From Euprymna scolopes (Eukaryota), in assembly GCA_053919585.1 (NCBI GenBank), contig JBSSHM010000338.1: a stretch of 55,427 nucleotides of DNA; one strand, given 5' to 3'. Positions 1 through 15,600 of this stretch are shown here, piece by piece. The notes below the pieces were generated by a model. The model did not search any database, had not been told where the DNA came from, and saw only the letters and a list, made by a program, of their open reading frames with translations. Every line of letters starts with the position of its first letter. Positions within the stretch are counted from its first letter, which is position 1. The position numbers and the translations under genes are program-made.

Positions 1-180
1 GAAATAATTATCCAACATTACTTTAGTAGAGAGATAGAAATAATTATCCAACATTACTTTAGTAGAGAGATAGAAATAATTATCCAACATTACTTTAGTC
101 GAGAGATAGAAATAATTATCCAACATTACTTTAGTAGAGAGATAGAAATAATTATCCAACATTACTTTAGTAGAGAGATA

Positions 181-3100
181 GAAATAATTATCCATCGCTT
201 ACTTTAGTAGAGAGATAGAAATAATTATCCAACATTACTTTAGTAGAGAGATAGAAATAATTATCCAACATTACTTTAGTAGAGAGATAGAAATAATTAT
301 CCAACATTACTTTAGTAGAGAGATAGAAATAATTATCCAACATTACTTTAGTAGAGAGATAGAAATAATTATCCAACATTACTTTAGTAGAGAGATAGAA
401 ATAATTATCCAACATTACTTTAGTAGAGAGATAGAAATAATTATCCAACATTACTTTAGTAGAGAGATAGAAATAATTATCCAACATTACTTTAGTAGAG
501 AGATAGAAATAATTATCCAACATTACTTTAGTAGAGAGATAGAAATAATTATCCAACATTACTTTAGTAGAGAGATAGAAATAATTATCCAACATTACTT
601 TAGTAGAGAGATAGAAATAATTATCCAACATTACTTTAGTAGAGAGATAGAAATAATTATCCAACATTACTTTAGTAGAGAGATAGAAATAATTATCCAA
701 CATTACTTTAGTAGAGAGATAGAAATAATTATCCAACATTACTTTAGTAGAGAGATAGAAATAATTATCCATCGCTTACTTTAGTAGAGAGATAGAAATA
801 ATTATCCAACATTACTTTAGTAGAGAGATAGAAATAATTATCCAACATTACTTTAGTAGAGAGATAGAAATAATTACCCAACATTACTTTAGTAGAGAGA
901 TAGAAATAATTATCCAACATTACTTTAGTAGAGAGATAGAAATAATTATCCAACATTACTTTAGTAGAGAGATAGAAATAATTATCCAACATTACTTTAG
1001 TAGAGAGATAGAAATAATTATCCAACATTACTTTAGTAGAGAGATAGAAATAATTATCCAACATTACTTTAGTAGAGAGATAGAAATAATTACCCAACAT
1101 TACTTTAGTAGAGAGATAGAAATAATTATCCAACATTACTTTAGTAGAGAGATAGAAATAATTATCCAACATTACTTTAGTAGAGAGATAGAAATAATTA
1201 TCCAACATTACTTTAGTAGAGAGATAGAAATAATTATCCAACATTACTTTAGTAGAGAGATAGAAATAATTATCCAACATTACTTTAGTAGAGAGATAGA
1301 AATAATTACCCAACATTACTTTAGTAGAGAGATAGAAATAATTACCCAACATTACTTTAGTAGAGAGATAGAAATAATTACCCAACATTACTTTAGTAGA
1401 GAGATAGAAATAATTACCCAACATTACTTTAGTAGAGAGATAGAAATAATTATCCAACATTACTTTAGTAGAGAGATAGAAATAATTACCCAACATTACT
1501 TTAGTAGAGAGATAGAAATAATTACCCAACATTACTTTAGTAGAGAGATAGAAATAATTATCCAACATTACTTTAGTAGAGAGATAGAAATAATTATCCA
1601 ACATTACTTTAGTAGAGAGATAGAAATAATTATCCAACATTACTTTAGTAGAGAGATAGAAATAATTATCCAACATTACTTTAGTAGAGAGATAGAAATA
1701 ATTATCCAACATTACTTTAGTAGAGAGATAGAAATAATTATCCAACATTACTTTAGTAGAGAGATAGAAATAATTATCCAACATTACTTTAGTAGAGAGA
1801 TAGAAATAATTATCCATCGCTTACTTTAGTAGAGAGATAGAAATAATTATCCAACATTACTTTAGTAGAGAGATAGAAATAATTATCCAACATTACTTTA
1901 GTAGAGAGATAGAAATAATTATCCAACATTACTTTAGTAGAGAGATAGAAATAATTATCCAACATTACTTTAGTAGAGAGATAGAAATAATTATCCAACA
2001 TTACTTTAGTAGAGAGATAGAAATAATTATCCAACATTACTTTAGTAGAGAGATAGAAATAATTATCCAACATTACTTTAGTAGAGAGATAGAAATAATT
2101 ATCCAACATTACTTTAGTAGAGAGATAGAAATAATTATCCAACATTACTTTAGTAGAGAGATAGAAATAATTATCCAACATTACTTTAGTAGAGAGATAG
2201 AAATAATTATCCAACATTACTTTAGTAGAGAGATAGAAATAATTATCCAACATTACTTTAGTAGAGAGATAGAAATAATTATCCAACATTACTTTAGTAG
2301 AGAGATAGAAATAATTATCCAACATTACTTTAGTAGAGAGATAGAAATAATTATCCATCGCTTACTTTAGTAGAGAGATAGAAATAATTATCCAACATTA
2401 CTTTAGTAGAGAGATAGAAATAATTATCCAACATTACTTTAGTAGAGAGATAGAAATAATTATCCAACATTACTTTAGTAGAGAGATAGAAATAATTATC
2501 CAACATTACTTTAGTAGAGAGATAGAAATAATTATCCAACATTACTTTAGTAGAGAGATAGAAATAATTATCCAACATTACTTTAGTAGAGAGATAGAAA
2601 TAATTATCCAACATTACTTTAGTAGAGAGATAGAAATAATTATCCAACATTACTTTAGTAGAGAGATAGAAATAATTATCCAACATTACTTTAGTAGAGA
2701 GATAGAAATAATTATCCAACATTACTTTAGTAGAGAGATAGAAATAATTATCCAACATTACTTTAGTAGAGAGATAGAAATAATTATCCAACATTACTTT
2801 AGTAGAGAGATAGAAATAATTATCCATCGCTTACTTTAGTAGAGAGATAGAAATAATTATCCAACATTACTTTAGTAGAGAGATAGAAATAATTATCCAA
2901 CATTACTTTAGTAGAGAGATAGAAATAATTACCCAACATTACTTTAGTAGAGAGATAGAAATAATTATCCAACATTACTTTAGTAGAGAGATAGAAATAA
3001 TTATCCAACATTACTTTAGTAGAGAGATAGAAATAATTATCCAACATTACTTTAGTAGAGAGATAGAAATAATTATCCAACATTACTTTAGTAGAGAGAT

Positions 3101-4700
3101 AGAAATAATTATCCAACATTACTTTAGTAGAGAGATAGAAATTATTATCCAACATTACTTTAGTAGAGAGATAGAAATAATTACCCAACATTACTTTAGT
3201 AGAGAGATAGAAATAATTATCCAACATTACTTTAGTAGAGAGATAGAAATAATTATCCAACATTACTTTAGTAGAGAGATAGAAATAATTATCCAACATT
3301 ACTTTAGTAGAGAGATAGAAATAATTATCCAACATTACTTTAGTAGAGAGATAGAAATAATTATCCAACATTACTTTAGTAGAGAGATAGAAATAATTAC
3401 CCAACATTACTTTAGTAGAGAGATAGAAATAATTACCCAACATTACTTTAGTAGAGAGATAGAAATAATTACCCAACATTACTTTAGTAGAGAGATAGAA
3501 ATAATTACCCAACATTACTTTAGTAGAGAGATAGAAATAATTATCCAATATTACTTTAGTAGAGAGATAGAAATAATTACCCAACATTACTTTAGTAGAG
3601 AGATAGAAATAATTACCCAACATTACTTTAGTAGAGAGATAGAAATAATTATCCAACATTACTTTAGTAGAGAGATAGAAATAATTATCCAACATTACTT
3701 TAGTAGAGAGATAGAAATAATTATCCAACATTACTTTAGTAGAGAGATAGAAATAATTATCCAACATTACTTTAGTAGAGAGATAGAAATAATTATCCAA
3801 CATTACTTTAGTAGAGAGATAGAAATAATTATCCAACATTACTTTAGTAGAGAGATAGAAATAATTATCCAACATTACTTTAGTAGAGAGATAGAAATAA
3901 TTATCCATCGCTTACTTTAGTAGAGAGATAGAAATAATTATCCAACATTACTTTAGTAGAGAGATAGAAATAATTATCCAACATTACTTTAGTAGAGAGA
4001 TAGAAATAATTATCCAACTTTACTTTAGTAGAGAGATAGAAATAATTATCCAACATTACTTTAGTAGAGAGATAGAAATAATTATCCAACATTACTTTAG
4101 TAGAGAGATAGAAATAATTATCCAACATTACTTTAGTAGAGAGATAGAAATAATTATCCATCGCTTACTTTAGTAGAGAGATAGAAATAATTATCCAACA
4201 TTACTTTAGTAGAGAGATAGAAATAATTATCCAACATTACTTTAGTAGAGAGATAGAAATAATTATCCAACATTACTTTAGTAGAGAGATAGAAATAATT
4301 ATCCAACATTACTTTAGTAGAGAGATAGAAATAATTATCCAACATTACTTTAGTAGAGAGATAGAAATAATTATCCAACATTACTTTAGTAGAGAGATAG
4401 AAATAATTATCCAACATTACTTTAGTAGAGAGATAGAAATAATTATCCAACATTACTTTAGTAGAGAGATAGAAATAATTATCCAACATTACTTTAGTAG
4501 AGAGATAGAAATAATTATCCAACATTACTTTAGTAGAGAGATAGAAATAATTATCCAACATTACTTTAGTAGAGAGATAAAAATAATTATCCAACATTAC
4601 TTTAGTAGAGAGATAGAAAGAATTACCCAACATTACTTTAGTAGAGAGATAGAAATAATTACCCAACATTACTTTAGTAGAGAGATAGAAATAATTATCC
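181..4700. repeat. Older, partial third copy of the ~6.35-kb higher-order unit
   Basis: B units at 188, 765, 1810, 2351, 2820, 3901, 4154 match 6531, 7108, 8189, 8730, 9199, 10280, 10533 at offsets 6343 or 6379 (one monomer apart). The GATAAAAAT SNV at 4580 matches 10923. Confidence 0.88.
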
Positions 4701-6609
4701 AACATTACTTTAGTAGAGAGATAGAAATAATTATCCAACATTACTTTAGTAGAGAGATAGAAATAATTATCCAACATTACTTTAGTAGAGAGATAGAAAT
4801 AATTACCCAACATTACTTTAGTAGAGAGATAGAAATAATTATCCAACATTACTTTAGTAGAGAGATAGAAATAATTATCCAACATTACTTTAGTAGAGAG
4901 ATAGAAATAATTACCCAACATTACTTTAGTAGAGAGATAGAAATAATTATCCAACATTACTTTAGTAGAGAGATAGAAATAATTATCCAACATTACTTTA
5001 GTAGAGAGATAGAAATAATTATCCAACATTACTTTAGTAGAGAGATAGAAATAATTATCCAACATTACTTTAGTAGAGAGATAGAAATAATTATCCAACA
5101 TTACTTTAGTAGAGAGATAGAAATAATTATCCAACATTACTTTAGTAGAGAGATAGAAATAATTATCCAACATTACTTTAGTAGAGAGATAGAAATAATT
5201 ATCCAACATTACTTTAGTAGAGAGATAGAAATAATTATCCAACATTACTTTAGTAGAGAGATAGAAATAATTATCCAACATTACTTTAGTAGAGAGATAG
5301 AAATAATTATCCAACATTACTTTAGTAGAGAGATAGAAATAATTATCCAACATTACTTTAGTAGAGAGATAGAAATAATTATCCAACATTACTTTAGTAG
5401 AGAGATAGAAATAATTATCCAACATTACTTTAGTAGAGAGATAGAAATAATTATCCAACATTACTTTAGTAGAGAGATAGAAATAATTATCCAACATTAC
5501 TTTAGTAGAGAGATAGAAATAATTATCCAACATTACTTTAGTAGAGAGATAGAAATAATTATCCAACATTACTTTAGTAGAGAGATAGAAATAATTATCC
5601 TACATTACTTTAGTAGAGAGATAGAAATAATTATCCAACATTACTTTAGTAGAGAGATAGAAATAATTATCCAACATTACTTTAGTAGAGAGATAGAAAT
5701 AATTACCCAACATTACTTTAGTAGAGAGATAGAAATAATTACCCAACATTACTTTAGTAGAGAGATAGAAATAATTATCCAACATTACTTTAGTAGAGAG
5801 ATAGAAATAATTATCCAACATTACTTTAGTAGAGAGATAGAAATAATTATCCAACATTACTTTAGTAGAGAGATAGAAATAATTACCCAACATTACTTTA
5901 GTAGAGAGATAGAAATAATTATCCAACATTACTTTAGTAGAGAGATAGAAATAATTATCCAACATTACTTTAGTAGAGAGATAGAAATAATTACCCAACA
6001 TTACTTTAGTAGAGAGATAGAAATAATTATCCAACATTACTTTAGTAGAGAGATAGAAATAATTATCCAACATTACTTTAGTAGAGAGATAGAAATAATT
6101 ACCCAACATTACTTTAGTAGAGAGATAGAAATAATTACCCAACATTACTTTAGTAGAGAGATAGAAATAATTACCCAACATTACTTTAGTAGAGAGATAG
6201 AAATAATTATCCAACATTACTTTAGTAGAGAGATAGAAATAATTACCCAACATTACTTTAGTAGAGAGATAGAAATAATTACCCAACATTACTTTAGTAG
6301 AGAGATAGAAATAATTATCCAACATTACTTTAGTAGAGAGATAGAAATAATTATCCAACATTACTTTAGTAGAGAGATAGAAATAATTATCCAACATTAC
6401 TTTAGTAGAGAGATAGAAATAATTATCCAACATTACTTTAGTAGAGAGATAGAAATAATTATCCAACATTACTTTAGTAGAGAGATAGAAATAATTATCC
6501 AACATTACTTTAGTAGAGAGATAGAAATAATTATCCATCGCTTACTTTAGTAGAGAGATAGAAATAATTATCCAACATTACTTTAGTAGAGAGATAGAAA
6601 TAATTATCC

Positions 6610-9600
6610 AACATTACTTTAGTAGAGAGATAGAAATAATTATCCAACATTACTTTAGTAGAGAGATAGAAATAATTATCCAACATTACTTTAGTAGAGA
6701 GATAGAAATAATTATCCAACATTACTTTAGTAGAGAGATAGAAATAATTATCCAACATTACTTTAGTAGAGAGATAGAAATAATTATCCAACATTACTTT
6801 AGTAGAGAGATAGAAATAATTATCTAACATTACTTTAGTAGAGAGATAGAAATAATTATCCAACATTACTTTAGTAGAGAGATAGAAATAATTATCCAAC
6901 ATTACTTTAGTAGAGAGATAGAAATAATTATCCAACATTACTTTAGTAGAGAGATAGAAATAATTATCCAACATTACTTTAGTAGAGAGATAGAAATAAT
7001 TATCCAACATTACTTTAGTAGAGAGATAGAAATAATTATCCAACATTACTTTAGTAGAGAGATAGAAATAATTATCCAACATTACTTTAGTAGAGAGATA
7101 GAAATAATTATCCATCGCTTACTTTAGTAGAGAGATAGAAATAATTATCCAACATTACTTTAGTAGAGAGATAGAAATAATTATCCAACATTACTTTAGT
7201 AGAGAGATAGAAATAATTACCCAACATTACTTTAGTAGAGAGATAGAAATAATTATCCAACATTACTTTAGTAGAGAGATAGAAATAATTATCCAACATT
7301 ACTTTAGTAGAGAGATAGAAATAATTATCCAACATTACTTTAGTAGAGAGATAGAAATAATTATCCAACATTACTTTAGTAGAGAGATAGAAATAATTAT
7401 CCAACATTACTTTAGTAGAGAGATAGAAATAATTATCCAACATTACTTTAGTAGAGAGATAGAAATAATTACCCAACATTACTTTAGTAGAGAGATAGAA
7501 ATAATTATCCAACATTACTTTAGTAGAGAGATAGAAATAATTATCCAACATTACTTTAGTAGAGAGATAGAAATAATTATCCAACATTACTTTAGTAGAG
7601 AGATAGAAATAATTATCCAACATTACTTTAGTAGAGAGATAGAAATAATTATCCAACATTACTTTAGTAGAGAGATAGAAATAATTACCCAACATTACTT
7701 TAGTAGAGAGATAGAAATAATTACCCAACATTACTTTAGTAGAGAGATAGAAATAATTACCCAACATTACTTTAGTAGAGAGATAGAAATAATTACCCAA
7801 CATTACTTTAGTAGAGAGATAGAAATAATTATCCAACATTACTTTAGTAGAGAGATAGAAATAATTACCCAACATTACTTTAGTAGAGAGATAGAAATAA
7901 TTACCCAACATTACTTTAGTAGAGAGATAGAAATAATTATCCAACATTACTTTAGTAGAGAGATAGAAATAATTATCCAACATTACTTTAGTAGAGAGAT
8001 AGAAATAATTATCCAACATTACTTTAGTAGAGAGATAGAAATAATTATCCAACATTACTTTAGTAGAGAGATAGAAATAATTATCCAACATTACTTTAGT
8101 AGAGAGATAGAAATAATTATCCAACATTACTTTAGTAGAGAGATAGAAATAATTATCCAACATTACTTTAGTAGAGAGATAGAAATAATTATCCATCGCT
8201 TACTTTAGTAGAGAGATAGAAATAATTATCCAACATTACTTTAGTAGAGAGATAGAAATAATTATCCAACATTACTTTAGTAGAGAGATAGAAATAATTA
8301 TCCAACATTACTTTAGTAGAGAGATAGAAATAATTATCCAACATTACTTTAGTAGAGAGATAGAAATAATTATCCAACATTACTTTAGTAGAGAGATAGA
8401 AATAATTATCCAACATTACTTTAGTAGAGAGATAGAAATAATTATCCAACATTACTTTAGTAGAGAGATAGAAATAATTATCCAACATTACTTTAGTAGA
8501 GAGATAGAAATAATTATCCAACATTACTTTAGTAGAGAGATAGAAATAATTATCCAACATTACTTTAGTAGAGAGATAGAAATAATTATCCAACATTACT
8601 TTAGTAGAGAGATAGAAATAATTATCCAACATTACTTTAGTAGAGAGATAGAAATAATTATCCAACATTACTTTAGTAGAGAGATAGAAATAATTATCCA
8701 ACATTACTTTAGTAGAGAGATAGAAATAATTATCCATCGCTTACTTTAGTAGAGAGATAGAAATAATTATCCAACATTACTTTAGTAGAGAGATAGAAAT
8801 AATTATCCAACATTACTTTAGTAGAGAGATAGAAATAATTATCCAACATTACTTTAGTAGAGAGATAGAAATAATTATCCAACATTACTTTAGTAGAGAG
8901 ATAGAAATAATTATCCAACATTACTTTAGTAGAGAGATAGAAATAATTATCCAACATTACTTTAGTAGAGAGATAGAAATAATTATCCAACATTACTTTA
9001 GTAGAGAGATAGAAATAATTATCCAACATTACTTTAGTAGAGAGATAGAAATAATTATCCAACATTACTTTAGTAGAGAGATAGAAATAATTATCCAACA
9101 TTACTTTAGTAGAGAGATAGAAATAATTATCCAACATTACTTTAGTAGAGAGATAGAAATAATTATCCAACATTACTTTAGTAGAGAGATAGAAATAATT
9201 ATCCATCGCTTACTTTAGTAGAGAGATAGAAATAATTATCCAACATTACTTTAGTAGAGAGATAGAAATAATTATCCAACATTACTTTAGTAGAGAGATA
9301 GAAATAATTACCCAACATTACTTTAGTAGAGAGATAGAAATAATTATCCAACATTACTTTAGTAGAGAGATAGAAATAATTATCCAACATTACTTTAGTA
9401 GAGAGATAGAAATAATTATCCAACATTACTTTAGTAGAGAGATAGAAATAATTATCCAACATTACTTTAGTAGAGAGATAGAAATAATTATCCAACATTA
9501 CTTTAGTAGAGAGATAGAAATAATTATCCAACATTACTTTAGTAGAGAGATAGAAATAATTACCCAACATTACTTTAGTAGAGAGATAGAAATAATTATC

Positions 9601-12600
9601 CAACATTACTTTAGTAGAGAGATAGAAATAATTATCCAACATTACTTTAGTAGAGAGATAGAAATAATTATCCAACATTACTTTAGTAGAGAGATAGAAA
9701 TAATTATCCAACATTACTTTAGTAGAGAGATAGAAATAATTATCCAACATTACTTTAGTAGAGAGATAGAAATAATTACCCAACATTACTTTAGTAGAGA
9801 GATAGAAATAATTACCCAACATTACTTTAGTAGAGAGATAGAAATAATTACCCAACATTACTTTAGTAGAGAGATAGAAATAATTACCCAACATTACTTT
9901 AGTAGAGAGATAGAAATAATTATCCAACATTACTTTAGTAGAGAGATAGAAATAATTACCCAACATTACTTTAGTAGAGAGATAGAAATAATTACCCAAC
10001 ATTACTTTAGTAGAGAGATAGAAATAATTATCCAACATTACTTTAGTAGAGAGATAGAAATAATTATCCAACATTACTTTAGTAGAGAGATAGAAATAAT
10101 TATCCAACATTACTTTAGTAGAGAGATAGAAATAATTATCCAACATTACTTTAGTAGAGAGATAGAAATAATTATCCAACATTACTTTAGTAGAGAGATA
10201 GAAATAATTATCCAACATTACTTTAGTAGAGAGATAGAAATAATTATCCAACATTACTTTAGTAGAGAGATAGAAATAATTATCCATCGCTTACTTTAGT
10301 AGAGAGATAGAAATAATTATCCAACATTACTTTAGTAGAGAGATAGAAATAATTATCCAACATTACTTTAGTAGAGAGATAGAAATAATTATCCAACATT
10401 ACTTTAGTAGAGAGATAGAAATAATTATCCAACATTACTTTAGTAGAGAGATAGAAATAATTATCCAACATTACTTTAGTAGAGAGATAGAAATAATTAT
10501 CCAACATTACTTTAGTAGAGAGATAGAAATAATTATCCATCGCTTACTTTAGTAGAGAGATAGAAATAATTATCCAACATTACTTTAGTAGAGAGATAGA
10601 AATAATTATCCAACATTACTTTAGTAGAGAGATAGAAATAATTATCCAACATTACTTTAGTAGAGAGATAGAAATAATTATCCAACATTACTTTAGTAGA
10701 GAGATAGAAATAATTATCCAACATTACTTTAGTAGAGAGATAGAAATAATTATCCAACATTACTTTAGTAGAGAGATAGAAATAATTATCCAACATTACT
10801 TTAGTAGAGAGATAGAAATAATTATCCAACATTACTTTAGTAGAGAGATAGAAATAATTATCCAACATTACTTTAGTAGAGAGATAGAAATAATTATCCA
10901 ACATTACTTTAGTAGAGAGATAAAAATAATTATCCAACATTACTTTAGTAGAGAGATAGAAATAATTACCCAACATTACTTTAGTAGAGAGATAGAAATA
11001 ATTACCCAACATTACTTTAGTAGAGAGATAGAAATAATTATCCAACATTACTTTAGTAGAGAGATAGAAATAATTACCCAACATTACTTTAGTAGAGAGA
11101 TAGAAATAATTATCCAACATTACTTTAGTAGAGAGATAGAAATAATTATCCAACATTACTTTAGTAGAGAGATAGAAATAATTATCCAACATTACTTTAG
11201 TAGAGAGATAGAAATAATTATCCAACATTACTTTAGTAGAGAGATAGAAATAATTATCCAACATTACTTTAGTAGAGAGATAGAAATAATTATCCAACAT
11301 TACTTTAGTAGAGAGATAGAAATAATTATCCAACATTACTTTAGTAGAGAGATAGAAATAATTATCCAACATTACTTTAGTAGAGAGATAGAAATAATTA
11401 TCCAACATTACTTTAGTAGAGAGATAGAAATAATTATCCAACATTACTTTAGTAGAGAGATAGAAATAATTATCCAACATTACTTTAGTAGAGAGATAGA
11501 AATAATTATCCAACATTACTTTAGTAGAGAGATAGAAATAATTATCCAACATTACTTTAGTAGAGAGACAGAAATAATTATCCAACATTACTTTAGTAGA
11601 GAGATAGAAATAATTATCCATCGCTTACTTTAGTAGAGAGATAGAAATAATTATCCAACATTACTTTAGTAGAGAGATAGAAATAATTACCCAACATTAC
11701 TTTAGTAGAGAGATAGAAATAATTACCCAACATTACTTTAGTAGAGAGATATAAAATAATTATCCAACATTACTTTAGTAGAGAGATAGAAATAATTATC
11801 CAACATTACTTTAGTAGAGAGATAGAAATAATTATCCAACATTACTTTAGTAGAGAGATAGAAATAATTATCCATCGCTTACTTTAGTAGAGAGATAGAA
11901 ATAATTACCCAACATTACTTTAGTAGAGAGATAGAAATAATTATCCAACATTACTTTAGTAGAGAGATAGAAATAATTATCCAACATTACTTTAGTAGAG
12001 AGATAGAAATAATTATCCAACATTACTTTAGTAGAGAGATAGAAATAATTATCCAACATTACTTTAGTAGAGAGATAGAAATAATTATCCAACATTACTT
12101 TAGTAGAGAGATAGAAATAATTATCCAACATTACTTTAGTAGAGAGATAGAAATAATTACCCAACATTACTTTAGTAGAGAGATAGAAATAATTACCCAA
12201 CATTACTTTAGTAGAGAGATAGAAATAATTATCCAACATTACTTTAGTAGAGAGATAGAAATAATTATCCAACATTACTTTAGTAGAGAGATAGAAATAA
12301 TTATCCAACATTACATTAGTAGAGAGATAGAAATAATTACCCAACATTACTTTAGTAGAGAGATAGAAATAATTATCCAACATTACTTTAGTAGAGAGAT
12401 AGAAATAATTATCCAACATTACTTTAGTAGAGAGATAGAAATAATTACCCAACATTACTTTAGTAGAGAGATAGAAATAATTATCCAACATTACTTTAGT
12501 AGAGAGATAGAAATAATTATCCAACATTACTTTAGTAGAGAGATAGAAATAATTATCCAACATTACTTTAGTAGAGAGATAGAAAAAATTATCCAACATT

Positions 12601-15600
12601 ACTTTAGTAGAGAGATAGAAATAATTACCCAACATTACTTTAGTAGAGAGATAGAAATAATTACCCAACATTACTTTAGTAGAGAGATAGAAATAATTAT
12701 CCAACATTACTTTAGTAGAGAGATAGAAATAATTATCCAACATTACTTTAGTAGAGAGATAGAAATAATTATCCAACATTACTTTAGTAGAGAGATAGAA
12801 ATAATTATCCAACATTACTTTAGTAGAGAGATAGAAATAATTATCCAACATTACTTTAGTAGAGAGATAGAAATAATTATCCAACATTACTTTAGTAGAG
12901 AGATAGAAATAATTATCCAACATTACTTTAGTAGAGAGATAGAAATAATTACCCAACATTACTTTAGTAGAGAGATAGAAATAATTACCCAACATTACTT
13001 TAGTAGAGAGATAGAAATAATTATCCAACATTACTTTAGTAGAGAGATAGAAATAATTATCCAACATTACTTTAGTAGAGAGATAGAAATAATTATCCAA
13101 CATTACTTTAGTAGAGAGATAGAAATAATTATCCAACATTACTTTAGTAGAGAGATAGAAATAATTATCCAACATTACTTTAGTAGAGAGATAGAAATAA
13201 TTATCTAACATTACTTTAGTAGAGAGATAGAAATAATTATCCAACATTACTTTAGTAGAGAGATAGAAATAATTATCCAACATTACTTTAGTAGAGAGAT
13301 AGAAATAATTATCCAACATTACTTTAGTAGAGAGATAGAAATAATTATCCAACATTACTTTAGTAGAGAGATAGAAATAATTATCCAACATTACTTTAGT
13401 AGAGAGATAGAAATAATTATCCAACATTACTTTAGTAGAGAGATAGAAATAATTATCCAACATTACTTTAGTAGAGAGATAGAAATAATTATCCATCGCT
13501 TACTTTAGTAGAGAGATAGAAATAATTATCCAACATTACTTTAGTAGAGAGATAGAAATAATTATCCAACATTACTTTAGTAGAGAGATAGAAATAATTA
13601 CCCAACATTACTTTAGTAGAGAGATAGAAATAATTATCCAACATTACTTTAGTAGAGAGATAGAAATAATTATCCAACATTACTTTAGTAGAGAGATAGA
13701 AATAATTATCCAACATTACTTTAGTAGAGAGATAGAAATAATTATCCAACATTACTTTAGTAGAGAGATAGAAATAATTATCCAACATTACTTTAGTAGA
13801 GAGATAGAAATAATTATCCAACATTACTTTAGTAGAGAGATAGAAATAATTACCCAACATTACTTTAGTAGAGAGATAGAAATAATTATCCAACATTACT
13901 TTAGTAGAGAGATAGAAATAATTATCCAACATTACTTTAGTAGAGAGATAGAAATAATTATCCAACATTACTTTAGTAGAGAGATAGAAATAATTATCCA
14001 ACATTACTTTAGTAGAGAGATAGAAATAATTATCCAACATTACTTTAGTAGAGAGATAGAAATAATTACCCAACATTACTTTAGTAGAGAGATAGAAATA
14101 ATTACCCAACATTACTTTAGTAGAGAGATAGAAATAATTACCCAACATTACTTTAGTAGAGAGATAGAAATAATTACCCAACATTACTTTAGTAGAGAGA
14201 TAGAAATAATTATCCAACATTACTTTAGTAGAGAGATAGAAATAATTACCCAACATTACTTTAGTAGAGAGATAGAAATAATTACCCAACATTACTTTAG
14301 TAGAGAGATAGAAATAATTATCCAACATTACTTTAGTAGAGAGATAGAAATAATTATCCAACATTACTTTAGTAGAGAGATAGAAATAATTATCCAACAT
14401 TACTTTAGTAGAGAGATAGAAATAATTATCCAACATTACTTTAGTAGAGAGATAGAAATAATTATCCAACATTACTTTAGTAGAGAGATAGAAATAATTA
14501 TCCAACATTACTTTAGTAGAGAGATAGAAATAATTATCCAACATTACTTTAGTAGAGAGATAGAAATAATTATCCATCGCTTACTTTAGTAGAGAGATAG
14601 AAATAATTATCCAACATTACTTTAGTAGAGAGATAGAAATAATTATCCAACATTACTTTAGTAGAGAGATAGAAATAATTATCCAACATTACTTTAGTAG
14701 AGAGATAGAAATAATTATCCAACATTACTTTAGTAGAGAGATAGAAATAATTATCCAACATTACTTTAGTAGAGAGATAGAAATAATTATCCAACATTAC
14801 TTTAGTAGAGAGATAGAAATAATTATCCAACATTACTTTAGTAGAGAGATAGAAATAATTATCCAACATTACTTTAGTAGAGAGATAGAAATAATTATCC
14901 AACATTACTTTAGTAGAGAGATAGAAATAATTATCCAACATTACTTTAGTAGAGAGATAGAAATAATTATCCAACATTACTTTAGTAGAGAGATAGAAAT
15001 AATTATCCAACATTACTTTAGTAGAGAGATAGAAATAATTATCCAACATTACTTTAGTAGAGAGATAGAAATAATTATCCAACATTACTTTAGTAGAGAG
15101 ATAGAAATAATTATCCATCGCTTACTTTAGTAGAGAGATAGAAATAATTATCCAACATTACTTTAGTAGAGAGATAGAAATAATTATCCAACATTACTTT
15201 AGTAGAGAGATAGAAATAATTATCCAACATTACTTTAGTAGAGAGATAGAAATAATTATCCAACATTACTTTAGTAGAGAGATAGAAATAATTATCCAAC
15301 ATTACTTTAGTAGAGAGATAGAAATAATTATCCAACATTACTTTAGTAGAGAGATAGAAATAATTATCCAACATTACTTTAGTAGAGAGATAGAAATAAT
15401 TATCCAACATTACTTTAGTAGAGAGATAGAAATAATTATCCAACATTACTTTAGTAGAGAGATAGAAATAATTATCCAACATTACTTTAGTAGAGAGATA
15501 GAAATAATTATCCAACATTACTTTAGTAGAGAGATAGAAATAATTATCCAACATTACTTTAGTAGAGAGATAGAAATAATTATCCATCGCTTACTTTAGT

